Positions 36,401 through 44,768 of a stretch of 53,593 bases of DNA are shown here, one piece after another. The first letter of the stretch is position 1; every line of letters begins with the position of its first letter. This DNA is from a virus (Duplodnaviria > Caudoviricetes): positions 1-53,593 of the IMG/VR virus record IMGVR_UViG_3300031450_000204; one strand, written 5' to 3'. The notes beneath the pieces are model-generated. The model was not told the origin of the DNA. It saw only the letters and a program-made list of their open reading frames with translations, and did no database searches. The position numbers and the translations under genes are program-made.

Positions 36401-39400
36401 CTTTAACCGTATCAAGACTGACGTGTCGAATATCGTCACTGACATTCTCGCGTTTATCGACAGGCACTGGCGACTGCTGCTCGTCATATTCACCGGACCG
36501 ATCGGTCTGGTGATCGTCATAGTTGACTACTTCCATAAGCAGATCGGCGCATTCTTTACGCAAATGTGGCACGACGTGTCCGGCTTCGTCGAGCGCATGT
36601 GGCATGACGTGACGACCTTCTTCCACGTCGGCGCGCTCGCCGTAGCCGCAATCGCCGCCAGTTCGTATCAGGCCGTGACCGGTTTCGTGATGCGGATGCG
36701 CGACGACGTGAATACGTTCGTGTCTCGGATGTGGCACGACGTGACCGGCTTTTTTTACGTGGGCTGGCTGGCTGTCACCGCAATTGTCACTAGCTTGTGG
36801 CGAGACGTGACGGCCTGGGTCACGCGCATGTGGCATGACGTGTCCGGGTTTGTGGTCCGAATGTGGAATGACGTAACCGCCTTTTTCCACGTGGGATATC
36901 TAGCGGTTATCGCGATAGTCACCAGTCTGTGGAATACAGTTGTCGACCTGTTTACCCGCCTATGGCATGACGTGACCGGGTGGGTCACGCGAATGTGGAC
37001 CGACGTGACCACGTTCTTCCACGTGGGCGCGATGGCCGTCACGGCAATCGTCACGAGCCTGTGGCGGACGGTCGTAGACCTGTTCACCCGTCTGTGGACC
37101 GACGTGTCCAACTGGGTGACCCGCATGTGGCACGACGTGATCACCTTCATCATGCGCATGGCTGTGGACGCGTGGGACATCGTCCGCCCGTTCGTCACGC
37201 GGATCGTCGGCGGATTCGGCGACCTGTGGACCGGGGCCACGGGGTTCGCGAGCCGACTGTGGCACGACGTGGCCGGGTTCTTCGGCCGGATGCGTGACGA
37301 CGTCGTCGGCATCTTCGACGACCTGGTGACCAAAGCGGGCCAGGTCTGGGACCGGGTCAAGGACCTGGTCGCGGTCCCGATCCGCTGGGTGATCGAAAAC
37401 CCGTACGACAAGGGCATCGTGCCGCTGATCCGCGGCATCGGCGACATCCTGCACGAGCCGGGGATGCAGAACCTCGCGCCACTGCACTTTGCTGGTGGTG
37501 GCGCGGTCCCCGGCAATCACGACCGGGACGACGTGCCGCTGTACGGCACCCCCGGCGAGGTCATGGTCGACAAGCCAACTGTCGCCCGGCACGGCGGACC
37601 CAACCTCCTCATGCGCGCCCTCGGCATGACCGGTGGTGGCGGTACGGGCGGGCACTACGCGGTCGGCGGCCCCGTCCTGCCGCCCGGCCTCAACTTCCAG
37701 GGCCTCTCCAGCTTCAACCCCAACAGCCTCCAGGGGAGCCTCACGGCAGGAACGGCTACCGGCGCGGCTGCCGGCCGCCAGTTCGTCACCAAACAGGACG
37801 CGCTGCGCATCTCCGGCGGCAAGGCCGACACCGGCATCCTCGGCCGGATCGTCCACGACATCGCCCACCCGACCGACCTGCTGGGTGATTTGAAGAAGTT
37901 GGCCCTCGGTGCTCTGGCGATCGGCGCCACCCCGGTCGTTCACACCATCGAAGGTGCGGCCGACGGGGCGCTGAAGAGTCTGGGTGAGCCGGGCCGGTGG
38001 ATGGACAAAGAGGTCCACAACATCGGCGATGCGCTGCTGTCGTTGCTGGCCGGTAAGGACGCCGCCTACAACGCGGCTCAGGCCGCCGCGGCGGCCGCGG
38101 GGGGCGGCGCTGGGCTGCTGCAGGTCGGTAACGGCACCGACATCGTTAACGACGCCCGCAAGTACCTCGGGCAGCAGTACATCCTCGGCGGCGACCCGTA
38201 CGGCGGCGGCGGTACAGACTGCTCCGGCCTCGTCGACAGGGTAATGGCCGACCTGGGCCACAAGCTGCCGGGCCGGCCGCTGACGTGGGACCTCGTCAAG
38301 ATGGGCACCGCGGTCAACTACGCCGACGCCCTGCCTGGCGACCTCGTGTTCACCAACTACGGCGAGGGCGGCATCCCCGGTCCCGGCCACGTGGGGATTT
38401 ACGAGGGCGGCGGTCGGATGATCGACGACCCGAACCCGTCGAGCCACGTCCGTGAGGAGGCTGTCTGGGAGACGCCGGGCGCGGTCCGCAGGCTGCTGGT
38501 CGACCACCTGCCGACGGCGGTTGCTGCGGCTGCGGTCAACGGTTCGTGGGCCGACGTTGTCTATCAGGCGTTGAAGATGGAGAACCTGCCGGCGTCAGCC
38601 GCCGGTGGTGTGCTCAGGCTGATCCAGTCCGAGTCCGGCGGGGACGCAAACGCGCAGAACAACTGGGACTCGAACGCCCGTGCGGGGACGCCGTCGCAAG
38701 GGCTGATGCAGCTCATCCCCGGCACGTTCGCGGCGAACCACTGGCCCGGGACGTCGGACAACATCCGTGACCCGCTCGCGAACATCGCCGCCGGCATCAA
38801 CTACGCGGTGAAGACGTACGGCATCGGGATGCTGATGGGCGGCGGGCGGCACGACGGCACCGGCCGCTACGTCGGCTACGAGCAGGGCACGATGTTCGTC
38901 CCGTCCACCGGGCCGGCCACTCTGCACCAGGGTGAGATCGTCATTCCCCGTGGCCCGTCCGACACGATCCGGCAGCACATGGCGACCGGTGGGGTGGTGC
39001 ATCACCCCCGGCACCACCTGACGCACCACCCGCTTCATCACGCCGCTCACCATGCCGCCGCTCACCACGCCAGCTCTTATGCGGCGTTGTACCGGCATGC
39101 GGTCGAGCTGTACGCCAAGCTCATCACCGACCAGCTGCATCACCTGTCTCCTGCGACTATCCGCTCCGACATCGCGCGGATCGCGGTGGCGAACAGGGCC
39201 GCTGATGTCGCGCGAGGCCATCCCCTTGCGCACCATCACGCCACGCATCACCTTGCGCACCACCGTCTGCACCACCCCGCGCATCACCTCACTCACCACC
39301 CGCACCATCACGCAGCTCACCACCCGCATCACGTCTTGCACCCGCACCACCCGCTGCACCCCCATCACCGGGTGCTGCATCCCCACCACCCGCTCCACCA

Positions 39401-40139
39401 CGCGGCGCATCACCTGACGCACCCCCGTCATCACCCGCTCCATCACCTGCAGCACCCGAGTCACCACGCCGCGCATCACGCTGGCTGGTCGGCGCTCACC
39501 CGGCTGCACCACGCTGGCTGGTCGGCGCTCGCCCGGCTCCATCACCTGCAGCACCCGAGTCACCACGCCGCGCATCACGCTGGCTGGTCGGCGCTCACCC
39601 GGCTGCACCACGCTGGCTGGTCGGCGCTCGCCCGGCTGCATCACCTGCAGCACCCGAGTCACCACGCCGCGCATCACGCTGGCTGGTCGGCGCTCACCCG
39701 GCTGCACCACGCTGGCTGGTCGGCGCTCGCCCGGCTGCACCACCTGCAGCACCCGAGTCACCACGCCGCGCACCACGCTGGCTGGTCGGCCCTGGCCCGG
39801 CTCCACCACCCCCATCACTGGTCGGCGCTCCAGCGGGCTCACCACCCGCTCCACTGGTCGGCACTTGAGCGGCTGCACCACCCGCACCACTACCGTCGTC
39901 ACCCCCGCGTGTTCGACACCGGCGGCTACCTCGAGAGCGGAGCGGTCGGCGTCAACCTGTCCGGCCGACGGGAACGGGTCCTGAACCCTGACGAGACCGC
40001 GACCTACGACCGGACCCGCGGCAGGACCGGGACCACCGTGCATCAGAACAACCACTTCAACGGCGTCGACCTACCGACCGCCCAAGCCCAGGCAGCCCGC
40101 GAGCTGACGTTGGCGCTCGCCGGGGCAGGGGTCGGCTGA
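33441..40139 (+). CDS. Tape measure protein (2232 aa) with NlpC/P60 and lytic transglycosylase domains and His-rich tail
   Basis: TP901-like core, ANPIG motif, W/F 11-residue repeats, DCSGLV..HVGIY, QSESGG..GLMQ. Confidence 0.93.
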   Translation: MIVGEASILIRPITAGFGKQLLEGADKELAASGATAGSRFGGMFAKGLAGIGIATAAIGIAAIKMGSDYQRSLLMIHTQAGATGENLGQITKQIFAMAPAVGFGPKALVDALYHIESVGYRGAQAMDILKIAAQGAKIGHEDLEKTANSLVATMASGITGFHGAAQAMGVLDAIIGAGNMRMDGLNAAIGTGLFASAQTFGISIQSVGAALAFMTDRGSGAQESATRLRMSIALMAAPSAAASKIMGTLGLSTTEVHSRTTAMSEALKKAHITTSMLASDLRKPDGFEVALRHLKTALADSGVSAVTASAIISRAFGGGRSGATIMAMYGNLDVLKGKFDQITRTSNNFGQSWAATQKTASFQFSRFTALVETGLTRLGMFLLPQVTRATKGLVDGVIAAGPVISRAWDSIMGGFRNPGAKLGASASVFNAVSPLNAILLSAGQNIRKFSDLLLPALRSAGSAIMGALGPTWDLIRNLARDLAPLAGLLLKVFAGAVIVGIRAFAVAVRDVLTPMIRFAGSLVGFLGKLAGNTAFQALAVGVAVLLVPFGALLVVLKGMELATAANLLITKAWTVATNIAKEATIAFRFAVWLLNAAWEANPIGVVVLALTALAAGLVFAYEKSKAFRDIVDSVGRVFRTLWDAITGGAAAQEKVKRFFSDLPGMILRGVEAGGRALADFGKRIPGWIMSGLGAAGGFGKKLLDMVVSGLATGGQLLADVGRRIPGWLWDGIKGAVNLGVGLLNLIHEGIQSGGRVVTDVAKKIPGWILDGIKSAVTSIPSFFANLFTHLFDGGGGGGGGGKGNEGAKKAGKGIVASIIGGLTGAAKDLLDWFTKLPGKIAGWVGSIDFGAIGKKILTLVGHAFQDAGTILKVAGFLALGLAAVGLAVVLILPAIGLAIAFALVTALLHALGTNWSKIGQFFTGAWNGIKSSAIEGMHAVGGAVSHGAEQIAGFFTRMWHDVTTFFRVGWLAITAIATSLWHDVTGVFNRIKTDVSNIVTDILAFIDRHWRLLLVIFTGPIGLVIVIVDYFHKQIGAFFTQMWHDVSGFVERMWHDVTTFFHVGALAVAAIAASSYQAVTGFVMRMRDDVNTFVSRMWHDVTGFFYVGWLAVTAIVTSLWRDVTAWVTRMWHDVSGFVVRMWNDVTAFFHVGYLAVIAIVTSLWNTVVDLFTRLWHDVTGWVTRMWTDVTTFFHVGAMAVTAIVTSLWRTVVDLFTRLWTDVSNWVTRMWHDVITFIMRMAVDAWDIVRPFVTRIVGGFGDLWTGATGFASRLWHDVAGFFGRMRDDVVGIFDDLVTKAGQVWDRVKDLVAVPIRWVIENPYDKGIVPLIRGIGDILHEPGMQNLAPLHFAGGGAVPGNHDRDDVPLYGTPGEVMVDKPTVARHGGPNLLMRALGMTGGGGTGGHYAVGGPVLPPGLNFQGLSSFNPNSLQGSLTAGTATGAAAGRQFVTKQDALRISGGKADTGILGRIVHDIAHPTDLLGDLKKLALGALAIGATPVVHTIEGAADGALKSLGEPGRWMDKEVHNIGDALLSLLAGKDAAYNAAQAAAAAAGGGAGLLQVGNGTDIVNDARKYLGQQYILGGDPYGGGGTDCSGLVDRVMADLGHKLPGRPLTWDLVKMGTAVNYADALPGDLVFTNYGEGGIPGPGHVGIYEGGGRMIDDPNPSSHVREEAVWETPGAVRRLLVDHLPTAVAAAAVNGSWADVVYQALKMENLPASAAGGVLRLIQSESGGDANAQNNWDSNARAGTPSQGLMQLIPGTFAANHWPGTSDNIRDPLANIAAGINYAVKTYGIGMLMGGGRHDGTGRYVGYEQGTMFVPSTGPATLHQGEIVIPRGPSDTIRQHMATGGVVHHPRHHLTHHPLHHAAHHAAAHHASSYAALYRHAVELYAKLITDQLHHLSPATIRSDIARIAVANRAADVARGHPLAHHHATHHLAHHRLHHPAHHLTHHPHHHAAHHPHHVLHPHHPLHPHHRVLHPHHPLHHAAHHLTHPRHHPLHHLQHPSHHAAHHAGWSALTRLHHAGWSALARLHHLQHPSHHAAHHAGWSALTRLHHAGWSALARLHHLQHPSHHAAHHAGWSALTRLHHAGWSALARLHHLQHPSHHAAHHAGWSALARLHHPHHWSALQRAHHPLHWSALERLHHPHHYRRHPRVFDTGGYLESGAVGVNLSGRRERVLNPDETATYDRTRGRTGTTVHQNNHFNGVDLPTAQAQAARELTLALAGAGVG
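39441..39802 (+). repeat. 99-bp (33-aa) tandem repeat, about 3.7 copies, in the His-rich tail
   Basis: HHLQHPSHHAAHHAGWSALTRLHHAGWSALARL starting at 39441, 39540, 39639, 39738. Confidence 0.9.
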
Positions 40140-41044
40140 TGGCCGTCGTCACCGCCGACACTCAGCCCACCACCTGGGAGTTCCGGCTCGGCAGCATCTT
40201 CTTCAACACCTGCGGCGAACCCGACGACCTGGGATGCACCTGGGCGATGCCGACCCCCGACGGCTGGTTCTCCCCCGAAAGCCGAGTCGCCACTACCGAC
40301 GTACCGTTCGCCGACGGCGCCGAGATCTCCCGCGTCTTCTTCGGCGCGCGGATCCTGCACGGCGTCGGCAGCGTCATCGCACCGACATGGGCCGCACTCG
40401 ACCAGGCGATCCGCCGGCTGCACGCCACGACCCGGCTCGTCGACCCGGCCGCTCCGGGCGTGTTCGTCGGCCGCGAAACCGACGGCGACTGGGGCTGCGG
40501 CGTGCTCCGCGGGGGCAAGACGGCGATCACCAGCCGGCACGGCACCCCCGGCGGCCAGTCCGTCGCCGAGTTCGACTTCCTTCTCGTCGCCGGCGACCCC
40601 CACAAGTACTCGATCATCCCGACCGTCTCCATCGTCCGGTCCTCGACGTTGGCCGGCGGGTTCTCCAGCCCGTTCACCAGCCCCGTCGTGTCCACCCCCG
40701 ACACCGACACGCTCACCGCCACCTCAACGTCCGTGAACAGCGGCGACCTCGACACCCCGATCGTCGTCACCTTCTACGGCCCGCTGTCCGGCCCGCTGCT
40801 CGTCGATCGTCTCTCCGGCCGCAGGCTCGGTCTGACGGTCGACGTCCCCGACGGCCGGACCGTCGTCGTCGACGCGCAAGACCAGACGGTGATGGCCGAC
40901 GACACGTCGATGTACAGCGCGCTCGACCCGACCAGCAGCCCTCTCGACACCCTCGTCGTCCCCGGCGACGGCAGCTGCGCGTGGCTGCTGCTCGGCGCCG
41001 GACCCGGGTCGGCGGTCGTTACCAGCAGCAGCGCGAAGGAGTAG
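40139..41044 (+). CDS. Distal tail protein (Dit)
   Basis: After tape measure; GW..P, DGA....R, L.A.DP.KYS, NSGD..TP....GP. Confidence 0.8.
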   Translation: MAVVTADTQPTTWEFRLGSIFFNTCGEPDDLGCTWAMPTPDGWFSPESRVATTDVPFADGAEISRVFFGARILHGVGSVIAPTWAALDQAIRRLHATTRLVDPAAPGVFVGRETDGDWGCGVLRGGKTAITSRHGTPGGQSVAEFDFLLVAGDPHKYSIIPTVSIVRSSTLAGGFSSPFTSPVVSTPDTDTLTATSTSVNSGDLDTPIVVTFYGPLSGPLLVDRLSGRRLGLTVDVPDGRTVVVDAQDQTVMADDTSMYSALDPTSSPLDTLVVPGDGSCAWLLLGAGPGSAVVTSSSAKE

Positions 41045-41046
41045 GC

Positions 41047-41859
41047 ATGACGATCTATGGCGGTCTGCACGAGATCGGTGTGCAGAACAAGGTGACCGAC
41101 ATCCGCCGGGCGCTGTCCCGGTGGCTGACTTCCGAGGGTGTGGTCTACAACGGCGACTTCGACGTCACGGGCGACCCGTCGCGGCTCGCGGTCAACATCG
41201 CCCCCGGGCAGGGCGTCGTCGCTTACAAGCAGGCGATCCTGACGGACTTCGCCCTGTTCGACTCCGACAGCGTCGAGCAGCGCACGCTCGCCGCCGCCCC
41301 CGGCTCAGGGTCCCGGATCGACCTGGTCTACTGCGGGGCGAAGGACAAGGCGTACGGCGACGCGGTGAACAGCGCCGACTTCTACGTCAAGACGGGGCGG
41401 GTCAACTCCGGTGTCGCACCGGCACCGGACATCATGGCCGGCGCCTACGCAATAGCCCAGGTGACGGTCCCGGCGGGTGCGACGCTCGGGTCGCAATGCC
41501 AGGTGCAGATGCTGACCGAGACGACGGCGCCGGTCCGGGACGGCGGCTACAGCGGGTCCGACCTGGTCATCCCGCCGCCGGTTCACGTCCAGCACGACGT
41601 GATCGGCTACTGGTTCGGGAACGGGATCACCGCACGGGGTCATGGCGCGCCGTTCACCCCGTCGGCGATCCACGTTCAAATCACCGGCCCGCTGTTCGCC
41701 ACCCAACTGCCCGGAAACCCGGTCGTCATCAGCAACACGATCACGGCGACGCAGTTCCAATGGCACTGCGCGAACCTCAACGGCGGTAACTACACGAACA
41801 TGTCCGGGCAGTTGCCGAAAGGCTCGGAGGTCACCGCTACCTACCTGTGCGTGCCGTAG
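41047..41859 (+). CDS. Minor tail protein
   Basis: V.IAPG, AAP...SRIDLV, G..P.P, IA.V.VPAGAT. Confidence 0.75.
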   Translation: MTIYGGLHEIGVQNKVTDIRRALSRWLTSEGVVYNGDFDVTGDPSRLAVNIAPGQGVVAYKQAILTDFALFDSDSVEQRTLAAAPGSGSRIDLVYCGAKDKAYGDAVNSADFYVKTGRVNSGVAPAPDIMAGAYAIAQVTVPAGATLGSQCQVQMLTETTAPVRDGGYSGSDLVIPPPVHVQHDVIGYWFGNGITARGHGAPFTPSAIHVQITGPLFATQLPGNPVVISNTITATQFQWHCANLNGGNYTNMSGQLPKGSEVTATYLCVP

Positions 41860-42969
41860 ATGGCCCGCTACCGGGTGGACCTGACCGACCGGGCCGGCAA
41901 CGTCCTCGGCGTCCTGCCGCCGTCGGGGAAGGGCAGTGGTGGGCTGACGTACGGCACGACGATCAACGGCGGCGGGTCTGCGACTGTGACCCCGCGGCTG
42001 ACGCTGCCGCTGATCTCCGGGGCGAACCGGGACAACCTGCACTCGTGGGCGTCGGAGATCGTCATTCACCGCGTCGACGGGCCGGGTGAGCTCGGCCCGG
42101 TGTTCGCCGGCCCCGTCGTCAAACCCGGCGCCAACCTCGACCAGGAGACGTTGAGCATCGAAGCGCGCCCGGTGTGGGCGTGGCTCGCCGAGCGGATCAT
42201 CCTGGACAACCTGGTCTATAAGCAGCGTGAGCAGACCCAAGCCGCCGCGGACCTGATCCGGCGGTACACGACCGGGCTGGGTGAGGACGGGGACATCCGC
42301 CTCGACCTCGCCCCGTTTACGAGGACGACGGATCTGATCGACCGGACCTACGCCGCCACCGACAACAAGACGGTCGACGTGGCGGTCGCCGACCTCGCCT
42401 CCCCTGGTACAGGCTTCGACTTCGACATCGTGCTGCGGACCGATCCGCGCACCGGGCTGGTGACACGGACGTGGCAGCCGTTCTACCCGCAGATGGGCCG
42501 GCGGGTCGAACGGCCGCTGACGCCGGGCCGGGGCGGCCTGCGCTCGTTCGGCGCCTCCCGCGCGAAGAACATCGCGACGTGGATCATCGGCGACGGAGCC
42601 GGCGACGGGCCGGCTCACCTGGCGGTGACGGTCAAAGCACCGGCGAGTGCCAGCGCCCGGTACGGCATCCACATGCAGGCCCTGTCGTTGCGGGACACGA
42701 CGGTCAAGACGACGCTGTTCCGGCAGGCGCAGGAGTATCTGCGGCACCGCACCCCGCCGGTGTCGATCATCACCTTTTCTTATGTGGTGTCGCAGACGGT
42801 GCCGTTCGGCTTCGTCAGCATCGGCGACTCGGTGCGGGTGCGAGTCGACAGGGGCTGGCTGTTCTACGACAACTGGGTGCGGATCATCGGCCAGAGCGTC
42901 GCGGTCGACGCGTCAGGCCAGGAGGTCGTGACATGCACCGCTGAGGGTGTACCGGGGTTGACCGAGTAG
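41860..42969 (+). CDS. Baseplate hub / minor tail protein
   Basis: L.Y...IN..G.A, GFDF, G.G.G, IGD.V.V. Confidence 0.75.
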   Translation: MARYRVDLTDRAGNVLGVLPPSGKGSGGLTYGTTINGGGSATVTPRLTLPLISGANRDNLHSWASEIVIHRVDGPGELGPVFAGPVVKPGANLDQETLSIEARPVWAWLAERIILDNLVYKQREQTQAAADLIRRYTTGLGEDGDIRLDLAPFTRTTDLIDRTYAATDNKTVDVAVADLASPGTGFDFDIVLRTDPRTGLVTRTWQPFYPQMGRRVERPLTPGRGGLRSFGASRAKNIATWIIGDGAGDGPAHLAVTVKAPASASARYGIHMQALSLRDTTVKTTLFRQAQEYLRHRTPPVSIITFSYVVSQTVPFGFVSIGDSVRVRVDRGWLFYDNWVRIIGQSVAVDASGQEVVTCTAEGVPGLTE

Positions 42970-43748
42970 TGCCAAGCTTCAACGGGACTGAACACGACGA
43001 CTACGCGTCGGTCGGCCGCCTGCTGGGGTCGCTGGTCGGCCGGGTCCGCAGACTGGAGACCCGCATCCCGACGCAGGTGCTGCCCGCGCTGCCCGCCGGG
43101 GCTGTGCCGTCGGTGACCGGCGCCGAAGTTGCCTTGTGGCGGGTCCCGGCGGTCGGTTCTACGGGGCTGGTGAGCGTGGCGTTGGACGTGTCCTACTCCG
43201 CCGCCGCGACGTCGGGGACGGTGGCCCTGGTCGACTGGCGCGGCGCCCGGCAAGCGGAGGTCGTCGCGTGGGCGGGGCGGGTGCTGCTCGGCCCGGTCGA
43301 CCCGTCCGGTGGGCGACTGACCGTTGTGGGTCGCACTGACACCGGTGCCGGGTCGATGTCGGTGGATCTGGTCGCGGCGTGGTGCGGGCCGGTGCTGGTC
43401 GACGACGTCGACGCGGGAGGTGCCGACCCGACCGCCCCGGGGTCGACCACCACCACCCCGGGTTCGACCCCCACCTTCCCCGATCCGCCGACGGGCGCCA
43501 GCGCGACCGCGGGTAACGGGACGGCCACAATCTCGGGGGCTGCTCCGGTCAACAATGGTGGCGCGGCCATCCTCGACTACACCGCCACCTCGGCCCCGGG
43601 TGGGCTGACCGGCACCGCTCCCCCTGGTACCCCGGTCACCGTCGCCGGCCTCGCGAACGGCACCGCCTACACCTTTATCCTCACGGCCCGGAACTCGGTC
43701 GGGTCGTCCGCAGCGAGCGCCCCGTCCAACAGTGTCACTCCGGCCTAG
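42969..43748 (+). CDS. Minor tail protein with C-terminal FN3 domain
   Basis: RVRRLE N-terminal motif; FN3 copy. Confidence 0.75.
   Translation: MPSFNGTEHDDYASVGRLLGSLVGRVRRLETRIPTQVLPALPAGAVPSVTGAEVALWRVPAVGSTGLVSVALDVSYSAAATSGTVALVDWRGARQAEVVAWAGRVLLGPVDPSGGRLTVVGRTDTGAGSMSVDLVAAWCGPVLVDDVDAGGADPTAPGSTTTTPGSTPTFPDPPTGASATAGNGTATISGAAPVNNGGAAILDYTATSAPGGLTGTAPPGTPVTVAGLANGTAYTFILTARNSVGSSAASAPSNSVTPA
43578..43729 (+). repeat. 152-bp exact direct repeat, copy 2
   Basis: Identical to 27785-27936. Confidence 0.9.
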
Positions 43749-43756
43749 CGTGCCCC

Positions 43757-43775
43757 GTCCTGTAGAACGCGGGAC
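43757..43775. promoter_or_regulatory. 19-bp operator-like motif GTCCTGTA-GAA-CGCGGGAC
   Basis: Intergenic, motif family match. Confidence 0.6.
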
Positions 43776-43816
43776 TGTGCGATGATCGCAGGGACCGACC
43801 TGCGCGAGGAGCGGCG

Positions 43817-44080
43817 ATGCTGAACGGCAACACGGATGTCCGCGCCATCCTGACCCGCCTCGCCCGCATCGGGCTCACCGGCCCTACGGCCTACAACTAC
43901 GCACAGACCGCCGACCCGGCATGGGTCGCCTCCGTCTCAGACTCGGTGCTGGCAGCCGCTGTCGGCGCCGGGAGCACGCCTGTGCCGCACATCGCGACCA
44001 TCTACACCTCCGCGTCGGACCCGGCGCTGAGCACGGCTGTCGCCGTCGTCGACGGCGACGTGTGGCTGCGCACCAGCTAG
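43817..44080 (+). CDS. Small tail-associated protein
   Basis: GAGGAG RBS; DGDVWL C-terminus. Confidence 0.6.
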   Translation: MLNGNTDVRAILTRLARIGLTGPTAYNYAQTADPAWVASVSDSVLAAAVGAGSTPVPHIATIYTSASDPALSTAVAVVDGDVWLRTS

Positions 44081-44092
44081 AGAAAGGCTGAC

Positions 44093-44398
44093 ATGGCCCT
44101 CACGTGGACGCAGGTCGGGACCCTCCCGGACGGCTCCCCGCATTTCACCGTCGAGTCCGACTCGCCTGAGCCGCATTTCGTCATCACCGGTCAGCGTGCG
44201 TCGGGGACGGTGCGGACCCCGGACGGCACGTCGTATGACGTGACACCGCCGGTGATCGAAGTTCAGACGGAGGAGCACGCCGGGCACCTGAACCATCTGA
44301 TCGGCGAGCAGCTCGAAGCATCGTCCGACCCGGCGACCGAAGGTTTCGTCCATACCTGCACCGACCACTGCGGGTCGTTGAAGCGGGAGACGGTCTGA
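44093..44398 (+). CDS. Hypothetical protein
   Basis: GAAAGG RBS; GTV..PDGT.YDVTP.VIEV. Confidence 0.65.
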   Translation: MALTWTQVGTLPDGSPHFTVESDSPEPHFVITGQRASGTVRTPDGTSYDVTPPVIEVQTEEHAGHLNHLIGEQLEASSDPATEGFVHTCTDHCGSLKRETV

Positions 44399-44760
44399 TG
44401 GCGCTCGCGTCCGGGGCTGCGGAGGCGGCGGCGGCGAACGGTGTCACCGGCATCACGCCCTTCACGAACCTGCACGGGGCGACCCCTGGCACGACGGGGG
44501 CGAACGAGCTGGGCTCGACGCGGCAGGCCACGTCGTGGACCGCGGGCACCGCGGCCGCGCCGAACCCGTCGAACAGCGCGGGCCTGTCCTACACGCTGGC
44601 CGCTTCGACCACGGCGGGGTTCGTCGGCGGCTGGTCCGTGGTGACCGCCGCCTCGGGTGTCTACAGCATCGGCTTCACCCTGTCGCCGTCGGTGACGACC
44701 GGCACGAGCGCGGGCACGGTGACCGTCGCTGCCGGGGCGCTGTCCATCGCCGCTTCGTGA
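44398..44760 (+). CDS. Small tail fiber-associated protein
   Basis: LH...PG.TGANE...RQ...W pattern. Confidence 0.7.
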   Translation: MALASGAAEAAAANGVTGITPFTNLHGATPGTTGANELGSTRQATSWTAGTAAAPNPSNSAGLSYTLAASTTAGFVGGWSVVTAASGVYSIGFTLSPSVTTGTSAGTVTVAAGALSIAAS

Positions 44761-44768
44761 GCTGACCG

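Noticed and set aside
27785-43729. Diversity-generating retroelement TR/VR pair or att sites
   Set aside because: Copies are identical with no adenine-specific differences, no reverse transcriptase is present, and both lie within FN3 coding sequence
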